Assembly: GCA_036850965.1 (NCBI GenBank)
Contig: JAZGQO010000009.1
Location: 353,610-417,609 of the forward strand
Length of the DNA: 64,000 nucleotides
Origin: Patella caerulea
Lineage: Eukaryota
Reading direction: 5' to 3'
The notes under the pieces are model-generated. The model did no database searches. It saw only the letters and a program-made list of their open reading frames with translations, and was not told where the DNA came from. The position numbers were made by a program, and so were the translations under genes. Positions 11,121 through 25,630 of this stretch are shown here, piece by piece (the stretch's first letter is position 1; each line of letters starts with the position of its first letter).

Positions 11121-14100
11121 ATGCCAGTGCCAATTCCAACTCTCTAAAATCTGTCAAATAGAAGGGCAAATTGTCCATACCTAGTGAGTTTTGAGTTTTT
11201 TTTATATAGAGTATCGATTTAGTAGAGAGCACAGTCGACAGTAAATTGTAGTTTACATAAAATAATAACAGGCAGAGAAAGGGCTCTTCTTGTCCTTTGT
11301 AAGTGAATCGATCGAGTGTCTGATACAATAAAGAAGTAATCTGCCAGAAAATGTGAACAGAATTTAAATATTCGATGTGTCTTACAAAACAACTATTGCC
11401 TATTCTTAGACGTCGATTTGACAGATTCTAACAGATTCAGTTAACAAAACGGTGTCTGAAACATTTCAATGCATTTTTACCCACTCATAATTTTTCTGTA
11501 GCCGAAATCGACCAGACGTACATCGCTTTTGATCCAAAACAGCACTCACTATTGAAATAATTTCCTGAAGTTGAAGGGTATTTTATTTATCAGATTAAAT
11601 GTATAGACTGGGGATTTTTTATATTTTATTATTTTCAGTTATTATTGTTAGCGATATAGGTCTGTATTGATATTAGGGTCGGCTGACTTAAAAAATTAAG
11701 AGCGTTTACTTTATTGGAATTCAAATGGATGGAGTTTAATGTTTTACTTTTCTGAGACGGGCATACAGGAGGAAATTTTGCAAGCAGAACGGGGTCACCG
11801 CCTACCCTCATTTCGACTTTAAACGTGCTATCAATGGTATACAGAACCGTGTTATTTCATCCCACCCGATGATTTCATGCTTTTTCCGTTCCCCCTCCCT
11901 ACTTCTTCCTGACAAAGAGAACCCACACTAATAAATTCCATGACTTCCTCGTTAGCGCCCACTCCAAACGCACTTTGATATTTGAATATAATTTAAACAT
12001 ACATTACGCAAGAGTTAAATCTGCCTATTGCAAGTCTTTCTTTAGGCCTGAAATTATTAATTAGACATTAATTAACTTATCCTGGTCATAATCAACTTTC
12101 GATAGCATCAGATTTCTCCGATATTAAATAGATTGGAACATCTCAGCCGTATTTTGATTTAAGCTAAAAGTGGAAGGGCCAGATTTAGCTTCGAACAACC
12201 AGTACCGTGGTTGAAATTATTGCACACGCCATGTCAAACCTTCAACGACTAATATTTTGAGTAATTTGAATGAAATTTTCAAATCATTCATTTTTCATTA
12301 TCTTGTTTTCGAACTATTATAACAAGAATGGCTAGCTCTTTATCTAAATCTTACATAATGGATCTTTAAGTTGTAATCTTTAAACAATATTGTACAGCTA
12401 TAATCATTGTATTCATTGAGGAGCTAACCGGTAAAAAATTACAGCAAGTCAATTAATAACACCTACATGTTATAGTTCTTAATGCATTTTCTGTGTTTTT
12501 AGTAAATATAATGAATGTAAGGAAACTATCCATCAGACTGTTACTACAAATAGCCTAATGCTCGCACATATATACATACAGACACACGTACATTTGTGGA
12601 CAATGACAGTCAGTCAAAAGGCTTCCTGTTTCCTTTCAATTGTCTCTGGAAATAATTTAATGACCTTCACATAACCCCAGTGTTTCTCCAATAGTTTGGA
12701 AAACGGTCGCTGTACGTTTTCAATAATAATTATCGTATGGCTTCTTAAAACAACGTGGACCGGAAGTAGAATCATTAGAAAAATGTCGGGTTAATCACAT
12801 ATTAATCACATATTAGAAGTAACATCTACCTGCTTTTGATTTATTGTTTACTGTTATTGTTTTTTAGGATACAAATTTTGCCAGAAAAATCCTAATGGCG
12901 AGAGCCTCCAACCGCGGCCATTTTGTTACTCACTACCCAATCTGTAAGTAAGTTTAACCGATCACCATTAGAAATGAAATGAAATAAAATGGGATTTAAC
13001 GTCCTACTGTTATGCTCCTTAACTGGGTTAATGAAGACGGATATACACCATACAGTGTGCTATGAAGGAAAGTTTGCATGGACAACAGCGCTACATTCTA
13101 CTCTCATATCGGATTTCAACTGCATATGATATAGTGGGACAGATAATGGGAACTGTGTAAGAATCTGTAATTGCATAGCAGGGCAAAACAGCCATCGAGA
13201 CTATATACGTGACTCTGGGCGCCAATAAATCGGTTCATGTATAATCTCACACTAATCCATTCATTTTAAGAGTCCTCTGAATTTTTTCAAAGATTGACTT
13301 AAAGATAACCTGGGTCTAATACAGGAGATTGTATTACTTCATAAATCAATCACAATAGGTCGATAACATCCATTTTCTATCATATTTAATTCCATGATAG
13401 GCAGTAATTTAGTTTCTAACAGTTGATTACTGGCATTTTTTTATTATTCTTCCTCATCCGTCTTCACCTCCAATCTGATGGCAGTCACATTAGGTCTATA
13501 CCAATATGAAAGATAATGTTATTGGGGGCGACCCATTCACTATGAAACGGCTATATTCTGTCATGTCAATGGCACAAAATCAATACATGCCTGTCACTTT
13601 CCTTCTTTATTCAGCTTACATGGTACCACTATATTACATTTATTATACATTCAGTATTCACGTATCTTTTTCTAAGACCTACTCTGTTGGTGAATGTGAC
13701 ACTATTGATCCGATGCATTTAAAATATTCTTATGAATCGTTTAACTTTCAAGCATTTTTAAATCTCACTGGTCTAATCTGGCATTGTTCCAGAATGGTGT
13801 CGAGTATAAGTCGTCAGCACAATATTTAGATCTTTAAAGACTACTAAGCGTTTATTTTATTCATTCATGGTGCAGTGTTGAGGGAGGGGGAAATTTAACT
13901 CATATAGCGGCTAAAAACTATAATAGGTTATTTTACGTGCGCAGAATTAGTAGGACGAGGTGGAATGAAAAAGCCAGAGATTTTCCCCAATCAACGCCGG
14001 TATTCGAGCCCGATATACTCTAGCCGGAAATTAAGATCCTTTGTGAAATGAAACGAAATGGGGTTTAACGTCATATTGTTCTGCTCCGAGCTGGGTTAAT

Positions 14101-14859
14101 AAGAAGGGCATACGCTATAGGGTATTTTGGTTCCACGAAAGGTGTTCAGTTTATTATAGAAATTCTTTACCTTCATGACGTGTGACGAAAACTAGAGTAA
14201 AGAGGTAGCTTGCATCATTCTACTACTATCTTGGCCTAACTCACAGACAGTTATGTCAGTATCCATTTCTGGAAAGTAGGGTACTATCATCCAGTCATCT
14301 CGTGCACGGATTAGTACAATTAAATAGAATAAGGATGATATAAAACGGCGCCTATATTAAATACTTACCCCAAAATTGGCCCGACCTAAATAGATGACGC
14401 AATGTACTTTTTATAGGAGAGAGCTGGGTTGATTTACCTCAGACATCATAGAGGGTCCGAGAGAGGAGCATCATAGCCTCCTGGGCTTAAGGGGCTAGAG
14501 TGAACGCATTATCCTAGCGCGGACATTATGTAGAACCATCAACATTAAACTCACACCATGGATATTTAAATAACGACTAAAGTAACTACCATATATATTG
14601 TAGTTTTCTGTATGTAACCTTGGTATTTGCTGTATTCGATTCATAAACACAGTAACAACATAAACGGTGTCCCAGAGTCAGTTACTTGAAGATTGGAATA
14701 ATTGATATCACAACGTGAAGTCGAAGAAAGGTCTAGACGTCACAGTCACGTCAGACACCGTAGTGTCATATGTGCTATGTGACAAAGTAATTTATACATA
14801 GAACTTTGCTAGATTTGACATTATATTATATTGGACGTTTTCAACTATATACAACTTCT

Positions 14860-17800
14860 GCTACTCGTTATTCGATAGTCAAACTTGAATATCAAAAAAG
14901 CAGATTTGATGGATGTTTATCTACAGAATGTTTCCATGACACATTTGATTAAATGTGTGATCTAAAACGAACTAAAGATATCATAATTCAGGATGCCTGA
15001 GCAGTGGATTCACATAAAAACTGCTTTTTCTCCTTGTTTTTTGATATTGGCGAATCTCAAAAAACGAGCCACTCGTTTTTCGATATTCAAACTCGAATAT
15101 CAAAAAAGCAGATTTGATGGATGTTTATCTACAGAATGTTTAAATTGACACATTTTATTAAATGAGGGTTCTAAAATGACACATTTGATTAAATGTGTGA
15201 TCTAAAACGAACTAAAGATATCATAATTCAGGATGCCTGAGCAGTGGATTCACATAAAAACTGCTCTTTCTCCTTGTTTTTTGATATTGGCGAATCTCAA
15301 AAAACGAGCCACTCGTTTTTCGATATTCAAACTCGAATATCAAAAAAGCAGATTTGATGGATGTTTATCTACAGAATGTTTAAATTGACACATTTTATTA
15401 AATGAGGGTTCTAAAACGAACTAAATACATCATAATTGGTGATTCACATAAAAACGGCTCTTTCTCCTTGTTTTTTGATATTGGCGAATCTCGAAAAACG
15501 AGCCAGTTGTTTTTCGATATTCAAACTTGAATATCAAAAAAAGCAGATTTGATGGATGTTTATCTACAGAATGTCTAAATTGACACATTTTATTAAATCA
15601 GTGATCTAAAACGAACTAAATACATCATAATTGGGGATGCCCGAGCAGTGGATTCAAATAAAAACTGCTCTTTCTCCTTGCTTTTTGATATTGGCGAATC
15701 TCGAAAAACGAGCCACTCGTTTTTCGATATTCAAACTTGAATATCAAAAAAGCAGATTTGATGGATGTTTATATACAGAATGTTTAAATCGACACAATTT
15801 ATTAAATGAGTGATATAAAACGAACTAAATACATCATAATTGGGGATGCCCGAGCAGTGGATTCACATAAAAACTGCTCTTTCTCCTTGTTATTTGATAT
15901 TGGCGAATCTCGAAAAACGACCTATATCAAAAAGGCAGATTTGAAGGATGTATATCTACAGAATTTCTCCAAAACACATTTTATTAAATCAATGATCTAA
16001 AACGAACTAAAAATATCATAAGTGAAGATGCCTGAACAGTGGATTCACATAAAAACTTTTCTTTCTCTTTGTTTTTTGATATTGGCGGATCTCAAAAAAC
16101 GAGCCACTCGTTTTTCGATATTCAAACTTGAATATAAAAAAAAAAACAGATTTGATGGATGTTTATATACAGAGTGTCTAAATTGACACATTTGATTAAA
16201 TGGGTTATCTAAAACGAACTAAATACATCATAATTGGGGATGCCCGAGCAGTGGATTCACATAAAAACTGCTCTTTCACCTTGTTTTTTTGATATTGGCG
16301 AATCTCGAAAAACGAGCTACTCGTTATTCGATATTCAAACTTGAATATCTAAAAAGCAGATTTGATGGATGTTTATCTACAGAATGTCTCCATGACACAT
16401 TTGATTAAATTAGTGATCTAAAACGTACTAAAGGCATCATAATTGAGGATGCCGGGGCAGTGGATTCACATAAAAACTTTCTTTCTCCTTGTTTTTTGAT
16501 ATTGGCGAATCTCGAAAAACGAGCTACTCGTTTTTCCATATTAAAACTTGAATATCAAAAAAGCAGATTTGATGGATGTATATCTTCAGAATGTCTCCAA
16601 AATACGTTTTCTAAAACGAACTAAAAATATCAATTGAGGATGCCTGCCTGAGCAGTGGATTCACATAAAAACTTTTCTTTCTCGTTGTATCTATTTCATT
16701 TTAGTTCACCGATTTAATCAGATGTGTTTTGGAGACTTTCTTTAGCTACACATCCATCAAATCTACTTTTTTGATATTCAAGTTTGAATATCGAAAAACG
16801 AGTGGCTCGTTTTGCGAGATTCCCCAATATCAAAAACAAGGAGAAAGAGAAGTTTTTATGTGAATCCACTGCTCAGGCATCCTCAATTATGATATTTTTA
16901 GTAAGTTGTAGATCACTAATTTAATCAAATATGTCATGGAGACATTCTGTAGATAAACATCCATCAAATCTGCTTTTTTGATATTCAAGTTTGAATATCG
17001 AATAACGAGTAGCTCGTTTTTCGAGATTCGCCAATATCAAAAAACAAGGAGAAAGAGCAGTTTTTATGTGAATCCACTGCTCGGGCATCCCCAATTATGA
17101 TGTATTTAGTTCGTTTTAGATCACTCATTTAATAAATTGTGCCACGGAGACATTCTGTATATAAACATCCATCAAATCTGCTTTTTTGATATTCAAGTTT
17201 GAGATTCGCTAATATCAAAAAAACAAGGAGAAAGAGCAGTTTTTATGTGAATCCACTGCTCGGGCATCCCCAATTATGATGTATTTAGTTCGTTTTAGAT
17301 CACTCATTTAATAAAATGTGTCAATTTAGACATTCTGTATATAAACATCCATCAAATCTGCTTTTTTGATATTCAAGTTTGAATATCGAAAAACGAGCCA
17401 CTCGTTCGTTTTAGATCACACATTTAATCAAATGTGTCATTTTAGAACCCTCATTTAATAAAATGTGTCAATTTAAACATTCTGTAGATAAACATCCATC
17501 AAATCTGCTTTTTTGATATTCGAGTTTGAATATCGAAAAACGAGTGGCTCGTTTTTTGAGATTCGCCAATACAAAAACACAAGGAGAAAGAGCAGCTTTC
17601 ATATATGAATCCACTGCTCGGGCATCCCCAATTATGATTTATTTAGTTCGTTTTAGATCACTCATTTAATAAATTGGGTCATGGAGACATTCTACAGATA
17701 TACCTCCATCAAATCTACTTTTTTGAGATTCAAGTTTGAATGTCGAAAAACAAGTAGCTCGTTTTTCAACATTCGCCAATATCGAATAACGAGCTAGTTG

Positions 17801-17880
17801 TTTTTCGTTATTCGCCAATATCGAAAAACGAGTAGCTCGTTTTTCGATATTCACCAATATTGAAAAACGAAAAACGAAAA
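14860..17880. repeat. satellite array, about 200-210-bp monomer: roughly 9 copies in + orientation (14860-16688), then roughly 6 copies in inverted orientation (16688-17880), forming a head-to-head palindrome
   Basis: The GATGCC(T/C)GAGCAGTGGATTCACATAAAAACTGC unit recurs at 14991, 15231, 15643, 15844, 16030, 16243, 16450 and 16650. From about 16690 the reverse-complement monomer (GTGAATCCACTGCTC...) recurs. Each monomer carries two adjacent short palindromes (CGAAAAACGAGCCACTCGTTTTTCG; GATATTCAAACTTGAATATC). Confidence 0.9.
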
Positions 17881-18141
17881 TCGAGCTAACTTCACACTGC
17901 CTACAATGGAAAGGACAAAATTAATGTTTTTACCAAATTATCACTGTTTTCGTATTTAACCACGCATCATTCGATTTCATTTGTGTGCGTGAGATAAGTA
18001 CGAATCTAATCATCAGTTAAAGAAAGAATATGGTCGCAAAGACCATAATACTACATAATACCATTTGCGATGTAGGAAATCAGACATTAAAAAAAACAAT
18101 TCTGAAAATACCCGAAACAAGTAGGTACATATTAATCTAAT

Positions 18142-18568
18142 ACCCCGTTCAGACGCGCAAGTTAAACTAGTTTAACTTATCCGGCGATAGTTAATTCAGC
18201 AATTTTCGTAGTCTGAACGCATATGTGGAGATTTTAAACTAGTTTAAAATATCCACCTCCGTAGGTGAATTGAATTCAGCTTTTTTTTTTATCTGGTTTA
18301 ACTTTCGGCGTCTGAACGGGTAGGATTAAAATATCCGGATATTTTCACTCTGGGCATGCGCAGTGCGTAGTAAATAACAATCTTAGAAAAATGGCGGCTT
18401 CTTGTTCTTTTCAGTGCTCATGCGCGTCTACCTCTGACCCTTGACCGACGAGGTCAAGAACATGGTCAGGAATGTTAATCCAGTATAGTGCCAGTATCTT
18501 AAAACACGTATGAACGCAAAAATCGCCGGATAAGTTAAACCAGTTGAGTTATAAGCGTCTGAACGGGG
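18142..18568. mobile_element. MITE (about 427 bp) with 14-16-bp TIRs CCCCGTTCAGACGC, flanked by TA on both sides; internal subterminal copies of the TIR motif
   Basis: TACCCCGTTCAGACGCGCAAGTTAAACTAGTTTAACTTATCCGGCGAT at the left end. Reverse complement of the right end is TACCCCGTTCAGACGCTTATAACTCAACTGGTTTAACTTATCCGGCGAT. Internal GTCTGAACG at about 18213 and 18305. TA at 18140-18141 and 18569-18570. No ORF. Confidence 0.65.
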
Positions 18569-21500
18569 TAAAAGTCTGCGAGAAATAATTCCTTAAAGTA
18601 ATCAGCTTTAAGAGCAAGCTCATTTTGTTTACCTTTTTAAGTAATAAGGGATTAACCAACACATGGGTCGTGTTTATATGTGTCTGGGGCATCCAATAAA
18701 TTGCAAAACCGACTCAACAATAAACTGGCTTAAATCATACGATTTTAAAAAAACCACACATTTTACGTTGAAGAATTAAACTAAAGTCTTAAATGTTTAT
18801 GGGCACTTTATTACAGCTGTTAAAATTTGAGGAATTATAAAAATGGTATTGGGGTTTTTATGTCAGGATCAGAAAGTAATCACGATTCCCGAGACGGTCC
18901 TTCACGTGATAATGTAATACGTTATTTTATAGTGAGGCATTTTGAAAGTGATTTAGATAGATATAACTTTTTAACAGCAACATGAGTGATTAATATAAAA
19001 TATGATATACTGCCAGTTGTAACAATAGTTCTCATGGGTCATTCTGATCCAGACGAAATGATCTTTTCTATTTTTATTTGTAAGTGTCAAATGACACAAA
19101 AGCCCATTAAAAAATGTATTTACGTCTGATACTGATACATAGTGAACTGACATGAAATGGGGATTAACGTCTTACCTTTCTGCACCCATCAGGGATAACA
19201 AAACAGAAACGTCCATCTGTGTGTTACGAGGAATTTTTTCCCCAGGCAGCGGCACTTTTGTCTACTCTTATATCCCATTCCACCTGTCAAAGGATCTTTA
19301 ACGTGAACGCTAATGTCCACACGGGACCTCGGGGTTTTCGCCCCCCCCCCACGTCCTGCACCACTGACAAGGTGAAATCGCGCCTGAAAATCCCAATGGA
19401 TTTTCTCAGCTAATGCAGGGATCCACATAGCCACCTCGGAACCTAGCCCGGATAACAAAGACGGACATATGCTACGCAGTGTGGAATCAGAAAATGTTTG
19501 CCTAGACAGGTTTTTGTTTACATATACACCATCCTGTACATGGCGCTCGATTCTTAGTCTAATCCAAACGACATTTCCACCATACATTCTCGACCAGAGA
19601 GACCTGGTTTTCGAGATATTACTTACTCATCGAGTCACCACGACTCCCCTGGTGCGTTGTGTAACCACTATAATAAACATGTCTGTGTTTGCGTGTGTGG
19701 GAGAGACACAATAACTACATTTAAGAGCGCACTTACCAACCCGGAAGCAATAACAGACAACGAAGTAAGGTATCCAGGCATAAAATAATGGGTTCATTTC
19801 GTGCAGAAGTATCAAATATTGTGGGTGGGGGGGGGTAACTAAAGATTGGTTAAAAATGAAATTGGGTTTAACGTCCTATATTTCTGCTAATGAATGCAAT
19901 GTGCTGTCGGGGAACTCGTACCCGGGTAGCCACGTTCCTGTCCACTCTTCGCCTAGTTCCAGCTCTCACGTCAAAACTGAGCTACCCTTTCCTCTAAAGT
20001 TATTCAAATGGATGATACAAATGTCACACTGGGCGATTGGCAGTAGAATGTTTAAAATTCTGTGGACACCAACCTATTTTCAGAAATTCCAAAACAGAAA
20101 AGGATGATTCTGTATTGAATTTGCTCCTTAGCTACTGCTACTACCTGGTGTTTATCGTCTGCTTCCACAGAAGTGATATCGCATTTATCGTAACGATGTT
20201 CTTATGCTCTAATGTCATTATAGACAGACCATACTTTTCCAGTTAGAGTGGTTGTCCCTGTCTTATCCCTAGACGGTTGTCATATTAAATTGATTCTATT
20301 AAACAGGAGTCCGGTAATTTAATTGTTGATAACAAAGTGTTCAGTACTTTATTTGAAGTGAGATATTCTACATGTACACCTCAACAAATTATTGGATGTC
20401 ACTGGCCTACGTCATCTGAGAAAACTGATAATTGAATTAGATTAGCCAACAGTAGCATCTAATGGACTAACAGCCCTTGTTGAGTTCTTAATAGATACTC
20501 GGTCTCACTAATCACCATTCAGAACAGACAAGAGCAATGTTTTGTTTAGCCAGTATTGCTAGACCGAAAAGAAACGAAACATATTTATTTCAGATAAGTC
20601 AAACATCTTAAAGATTCCATAAATGTGACCAAAGACAGTCAAGGAACTATATGGCATAGATATGCATATTCTACACATCATATCCAATTTATAAATGACT
20701 TCATAAGAAAAATCTGATACAATTAGGGATACCTCAAATCTTGCAAAATTTGACCGATAAGGAAATATGATATATCATGTATACATATCGTATATAAAAT
20801 TATTTGTACTTCAAGTTGTGAACTAAGCAACATGAAGGAATCGTAACTTACACTGGATAAACCTAGAGACAATAATAAATGTGTGAAAGATAGATAAGCT
20901 TATTTAACTCATGCTATGTAATTCACGCCATTAAACATTATGGAATACAACAATGTACACTGGAAGAACTATTACATGACTGTACAGACAATCATGTGGT
21001 GCAAAAAAATCGGTCAGACGAATAGAATATTTGTAACATATTTTTCCTTCTCGGTCCCATTTTTTCGGTGGTTAGTGTATATAATAATATACAGAATATC
21101 CTACGAGTTTTGGGGGTTTTATTTGATATCAAAAAAATTGAGTTGGAGATTTTATTTATCGCCCAACCCTTTCTTACATGCAGGAATAAATAAATATAAT
21201 TCTTTGGTATAGATTTCACTTTTACTGAACTGATTACATTACAGTGTAGTGACACATCATTTTTTCGACATCAGTTTACCTATTGCAAAATCCTACATAT
21301 TGACCCAGTACTGTATTTCCTTCATGGGCAATTAACAGTTTCTTTTTAACAAGAAAAGAAGTTACTTTTTATTTAAAATAAGTGATTTCTTTAAACTAAA
21401 AGAAAGTAGTTCCTTTTTGATTGACCAATCACATTCAGGTAAATTAGATTATGTAATTTATCACACAAGGGATATCTACTATCAAATGTGTTATTGGGTG

Positions 21501-23109
21501 ATAAATAGCTTTAGTTAGCCTATGTATTCTTTGAGTAAATAAAACAAATTAAATTCATGTCGTTTGAATTTATGAATTAGACATGAATTATTTTCCCCTG
21601 TTAGTGACCAAACTTGACAGGTGGTGACGCTGTTTGAATGTTGGGGGTGTGCCTGTTGAATTGATCATTCGGCGCTACAGACTTTGTCTTGAATGCTTAG
21701 AATTTAAAAATGTAATACTAATTATAAGTTTATATTCCAGATATTTAGGTAATATATAGGTAATCCAAGACATGGTATTAAGAGGGAATTATGGTAGCTA
21801 TATATAAAACAGATTATCGTTACGAATTATTGTCACGGGTTGTTTTATGTCAATGATGTGTTTGTGGATTATATTAAAACAAGGCGATATGGTGTACGTG
21901 CTCCAATGCATGTGGTGTTCGGGGAGAACTTTATTTCGGGCACTTATGAAACCAAAACAAAAACATTGCTGCACTCCATGAATCACAATCGTTTAACAAC
22001 TGGATAAAACAATAAAATATAAAACCGACTTATAGTAGAACAATTAGCAAAAGGGTTTGAATGTTTATTTTTGGAAAATTTGTGAAAAAGGTTAGAGCCA
22101 GTCAAAGAGATGACAATTAACATTAGAGTCAATGTGGAAATTAATGGTGCACTGTGGCGGCATGCGAGTCATCCGATTCGCGGCCAACGTTTTAAAAAGG
22201 TAACGCATTTGTCACTTAAAAACATCCTAAAAACTAGGTCTAAGCTTATTAGAACAGATCGTTTTGTCTATTGATAAGTACAGCCAATCTATTTCCCTAT
22301 ACCGGTGATCCAATCATGTCTTCTTCTGAAAGATCACCTACTCCGGTGATGTATTATTTTGTCTTAACATCTGAAGTTAATTTACCAGCCTCAGAGCTAC
22401 CTTTCTAAAAAAAAGAATCAAGCCATTAAAACGCTGGTGGGCTTTGATTATGTGTGATTCCTCGTTGGGAAGATCCATGACAAAATGATTATGTAATTCC
22501 CATGTGAATGATAAGCCTGAGCGTTGAACCTTAAAACAACATGTCGTGAATAGATGAATGTGTTAGCCGGTCTTAATCCCCAGACGGTATCAAATCAACC
22601 CACTGAATTCACCATTACAATATAGATATCAGGAAATGAACCGAAACGGAAGTAGGCTATACAGCCCCACTTCTCTGCACCGATCGGAATAATAAAGATG
22701 TTGTTACGAGTACATGGTTGAAACGCCTTATTGTGTGCCCTCCTAATGCTACGCTAGATTCCCACTTTCGACCGATTGCCATTATTGCGTTCACGGTCTG
22801 GTATACTTGGATACGTCTCGAACACCATTACCACGACTGACTTCAATATAATATTATAGGACCACATTGATTCGTGCTACGAATCATGATAATGGCCACC
22901 TATAGCATTATACCAGACCCTGTGTCACGTGAGAAAGTAGATAACAGACACCATAAAAGTAAGTTTGTGATTAACCTTTGGAGACATACGAAGGATTAAG
23001 TTTTATGTTGTTGTTTTTTAATTTACAAAATGGCTATTTGAATAATATATGGTTTTTTAAAGCTTGTCAGGGTGTGGTCGTCGTGTTTATCAGATAACTC
23101 ATACATAAC

Positions 23110-23590
23110 CGATCGGCCAATAGTTTCAGTTGAATAAAATGTAATGGAGTTTTACGTCATACCCTTCATATGTTTTTATTTGTGGGGTTTTCGTCTGCTC
23201 TGAAAAGTAAAGGACTGGTCCTAGCCAGAGCTTTAAAAGGAAACCTAAAAGGGAAAAACACGAGATTGTCCATAAGAATTTTCCAGGAACCGGGCCCCCT
23301 GGATAATGAGCTGGCGGCCTAGTCGTTGGGTCATCGTGGTTTCCAGAAATTTCCAATATCATTAAATGGACGATCTCTTTAGGTTTCTGAATTGTATAAT
23401 TAAAACTCACTTGCAATCAACAGATACTCTTAGATTTCTCCTTTGATTCCACTATAACAGACTCTTTGGATATACCATTTATTGAACGAGAAAAAACATT
23501 TATTTTAGAAATTGGCAATAAAGCTCTATTGTATTTTTATTTTATTCAAAGTGATTCAAACTTGTCTATTCCAGAAAGATTAGAGATTTT
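23110..23590 (-). repeat. about 480-bp SINE-like dispersed repeat (family C) ending ...ATGAAGGGTATGACGTAAAACTCCATTACATTTT; inverted copy at 38930-39400
   Basis: ORFs 23126-23416(-) and 39167-39430(+) translate to near-identical peptides (ISGNHDDPTTRPPAHYPG versus IPGNHENPTSRPPAHYPG). Aligned at DNA level in opposite orientation. Confidence 0.55.
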
Positions 23591-24699
23591 TTTTTTTGGA
23601 GTTAATATTACATTTTATGTGATTAATTAAGATCTAACGTCTATAAATGGGAAAGGTTTATAATAACGTCAAATAACTCACAAAATTTAATAAAAACTCA
23701 AAGACTTGCGATCTAATAAATCACCACGTTCCAATATTTGCTTGGTTTTATATTTCTGTTATATAATAAAAATCTAATCTTTACCAACAGTTTATCGTGA
23801 AATAGCCACCATAAACTGAAATAAAGACACCCGATAAAAAATATTCTCTTTACAAATGATGTCTGTCGACGAGAAACAGTTTGGGGTTCATATTGACATT
23901 TTGTCGGTTTCCACTGGTATTTCGTCAGATGGTTCTACTTTTATTTTTGACGACATATTCATGTTGTTGTTTTTAGTTCTACAGTGCATATTATGTTCTT
24001 TGGGTGGGGGTAGCGATCTGGGGAACTGGGCTATAGATTAGAATGTTTTGGTTCGAGGAGAATTGCCGGGATTTGTCAAGTCAGGTCTGGACTTCACATG
24101 GATTGCGCCACGTCTGTGAGACTGGCGATATAATGTACCTAATCGTTCGTATGGGACAAAATTACGAGGCGCATCTGTGTATACATATTCCACGTAAACA
24201 AAGAAATGAAATAACCACATGTTAGTCCAAAACGACAGATACTCGGTGTTCACGAGACATATAAAACTTCATTCGATTCCACCCTATGGTCTGGTATAAA
24301 CTAATATAAGCTTTTATGTAACCAGTGGATACATTTTAATACAGGTAAAAAGGTAACTATAAAATCAGCTTTTTTTATCTTACATTATCACGATGTCATT
24401 CACACACCCTAGGTATTGACCGAGTTCCAGTCAGATAATTGTTAACTGTCATCATCAGTCATCAATGATTAATGGGAGCAACCTTCAGATCAGATCAAAG
24501 AAAGTCTGATTATGTTAAAGATCTAGGACCATGTATTATATAATAATAACTAGAGTAGCAAAGAGGCTTTGCAGCTATGACGGTAGCTTGCGAGTAGATC
24601 GGTGTGATAACTTTCCCGTTTTTCACACGTATTTCCTATTCCACTAACCGGTAACTGGTTTAATTGGGACCAGTTTCATTTTCCACATCTCTCATCTTA

Positions 24700-25630
24700 A
24701 AATGAACATAGCCTTTAATTAGCAGCAACCACATCTCTCAATGAACTTTTAACAATATTTAGCAGCAACCACATCTCTCAATGTCCATTGACTTTATGTG
24801 GCAGGCATTACATCTCTCAACGAAAATATACTTTATGTAGCAGCAACCACATCTGTCATTGAACATAAAATTTATACTTTATGAAGCAGCCACCACATCT
24901 ACCAATGAACGTATACTCTATGTAGCAGCCACCACATCTATCAATGAACATATACTTTATGTAGCAGCAATCACATCTTTCATCCCCACGTGAACTTCAA
25001 ACGTTAGGCTATTTAGCAGTGACAGTATCTCCTAATGAATATAGACTGTTGCACAAACCACACTTCCATAACCATAACCGCATCTAACAGTGGACATCCA
25101 TTTAAAATCTGTAATACTACATGTCTATAGGGTTTAACCCCATTTCAATTCCAGTATACAATCTTTGTAGTATGGGTGTAATAAAGATGTATAAACATAA
25201 GTTTAACCACACAGTGTTCCAGGGTTAATTGATCTATTTGCACAAAGTACACAACGATGGAAGTCCTCGTTGGGTAAGTGTCGCCATCGTGTCACAATAT
25301 GTATATATGCACAGCAGCCACATCACAGATGTTATTTAGCAGCAACCACATTTTCAAATCTAGAAAAGCCCCCAAATCAAGACAAGGCTTTATTTATTAG
25401 TAATCGCATCCCCCAGACAATTTTCCAAAGGAGGATAAAGCTTTATTTAGTAGCAACTGCATCTCACAGTCACATTTGGGAACGTACACTTTATGTATAG
25501 CACCAACCACGTCTCTCATAGAACATAGAAGGTAAGAACTTAATTAGCAGTAGCCGCATCTCCCAGCCATATTTGCGAGCATAAGACTTTATGTAGCATC
25601 AATCAAACTGGCCAATGAACATAAAACTTA
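24700..25630. repeat. minisatellite, about 38-45-bp unit (TATACTTTATGTAGCAGCAACCACATCTCTCAATGAACA), about 20 increasingly degenerate copies
   Basis: Direct tandem recurrence of AGCAGC(A/C)ACCACATCT.TCAATGAAC with variable spacers. Confidence 0.8.

Noticed and set aside
14860-17880. Regularly spaced direct repeats that could superficially suggest a CRISPR array
   Set aside because: Monomers are about 205 bp with no unique spacers, the array inverts orientation, the context is eukaryotic (SINEs, LTR retrotransposon) and no cas genes are present. This is a satellite.
19189-19587. 132-aa ORF (minus), the longest non-TE ORF in the window
   Set aside because: Low-complexity, Gly/Arg-rich, overlapped by ORFs on the opposite strand, adjacent to C10 and G12 homopolymers and family B SINE fragments. 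No recognisable domain. It could still be part of an exon, but there is no support.
23126-23416. 96-aa ORF with a near-identical 87-aa ORF at 39167-39430 on the other strand
   Set aside because: The similarity reflects two inverted copies of a 480-bp SINE-like repeat; the ORFs are embedded in it and are not conserved coding sequence.
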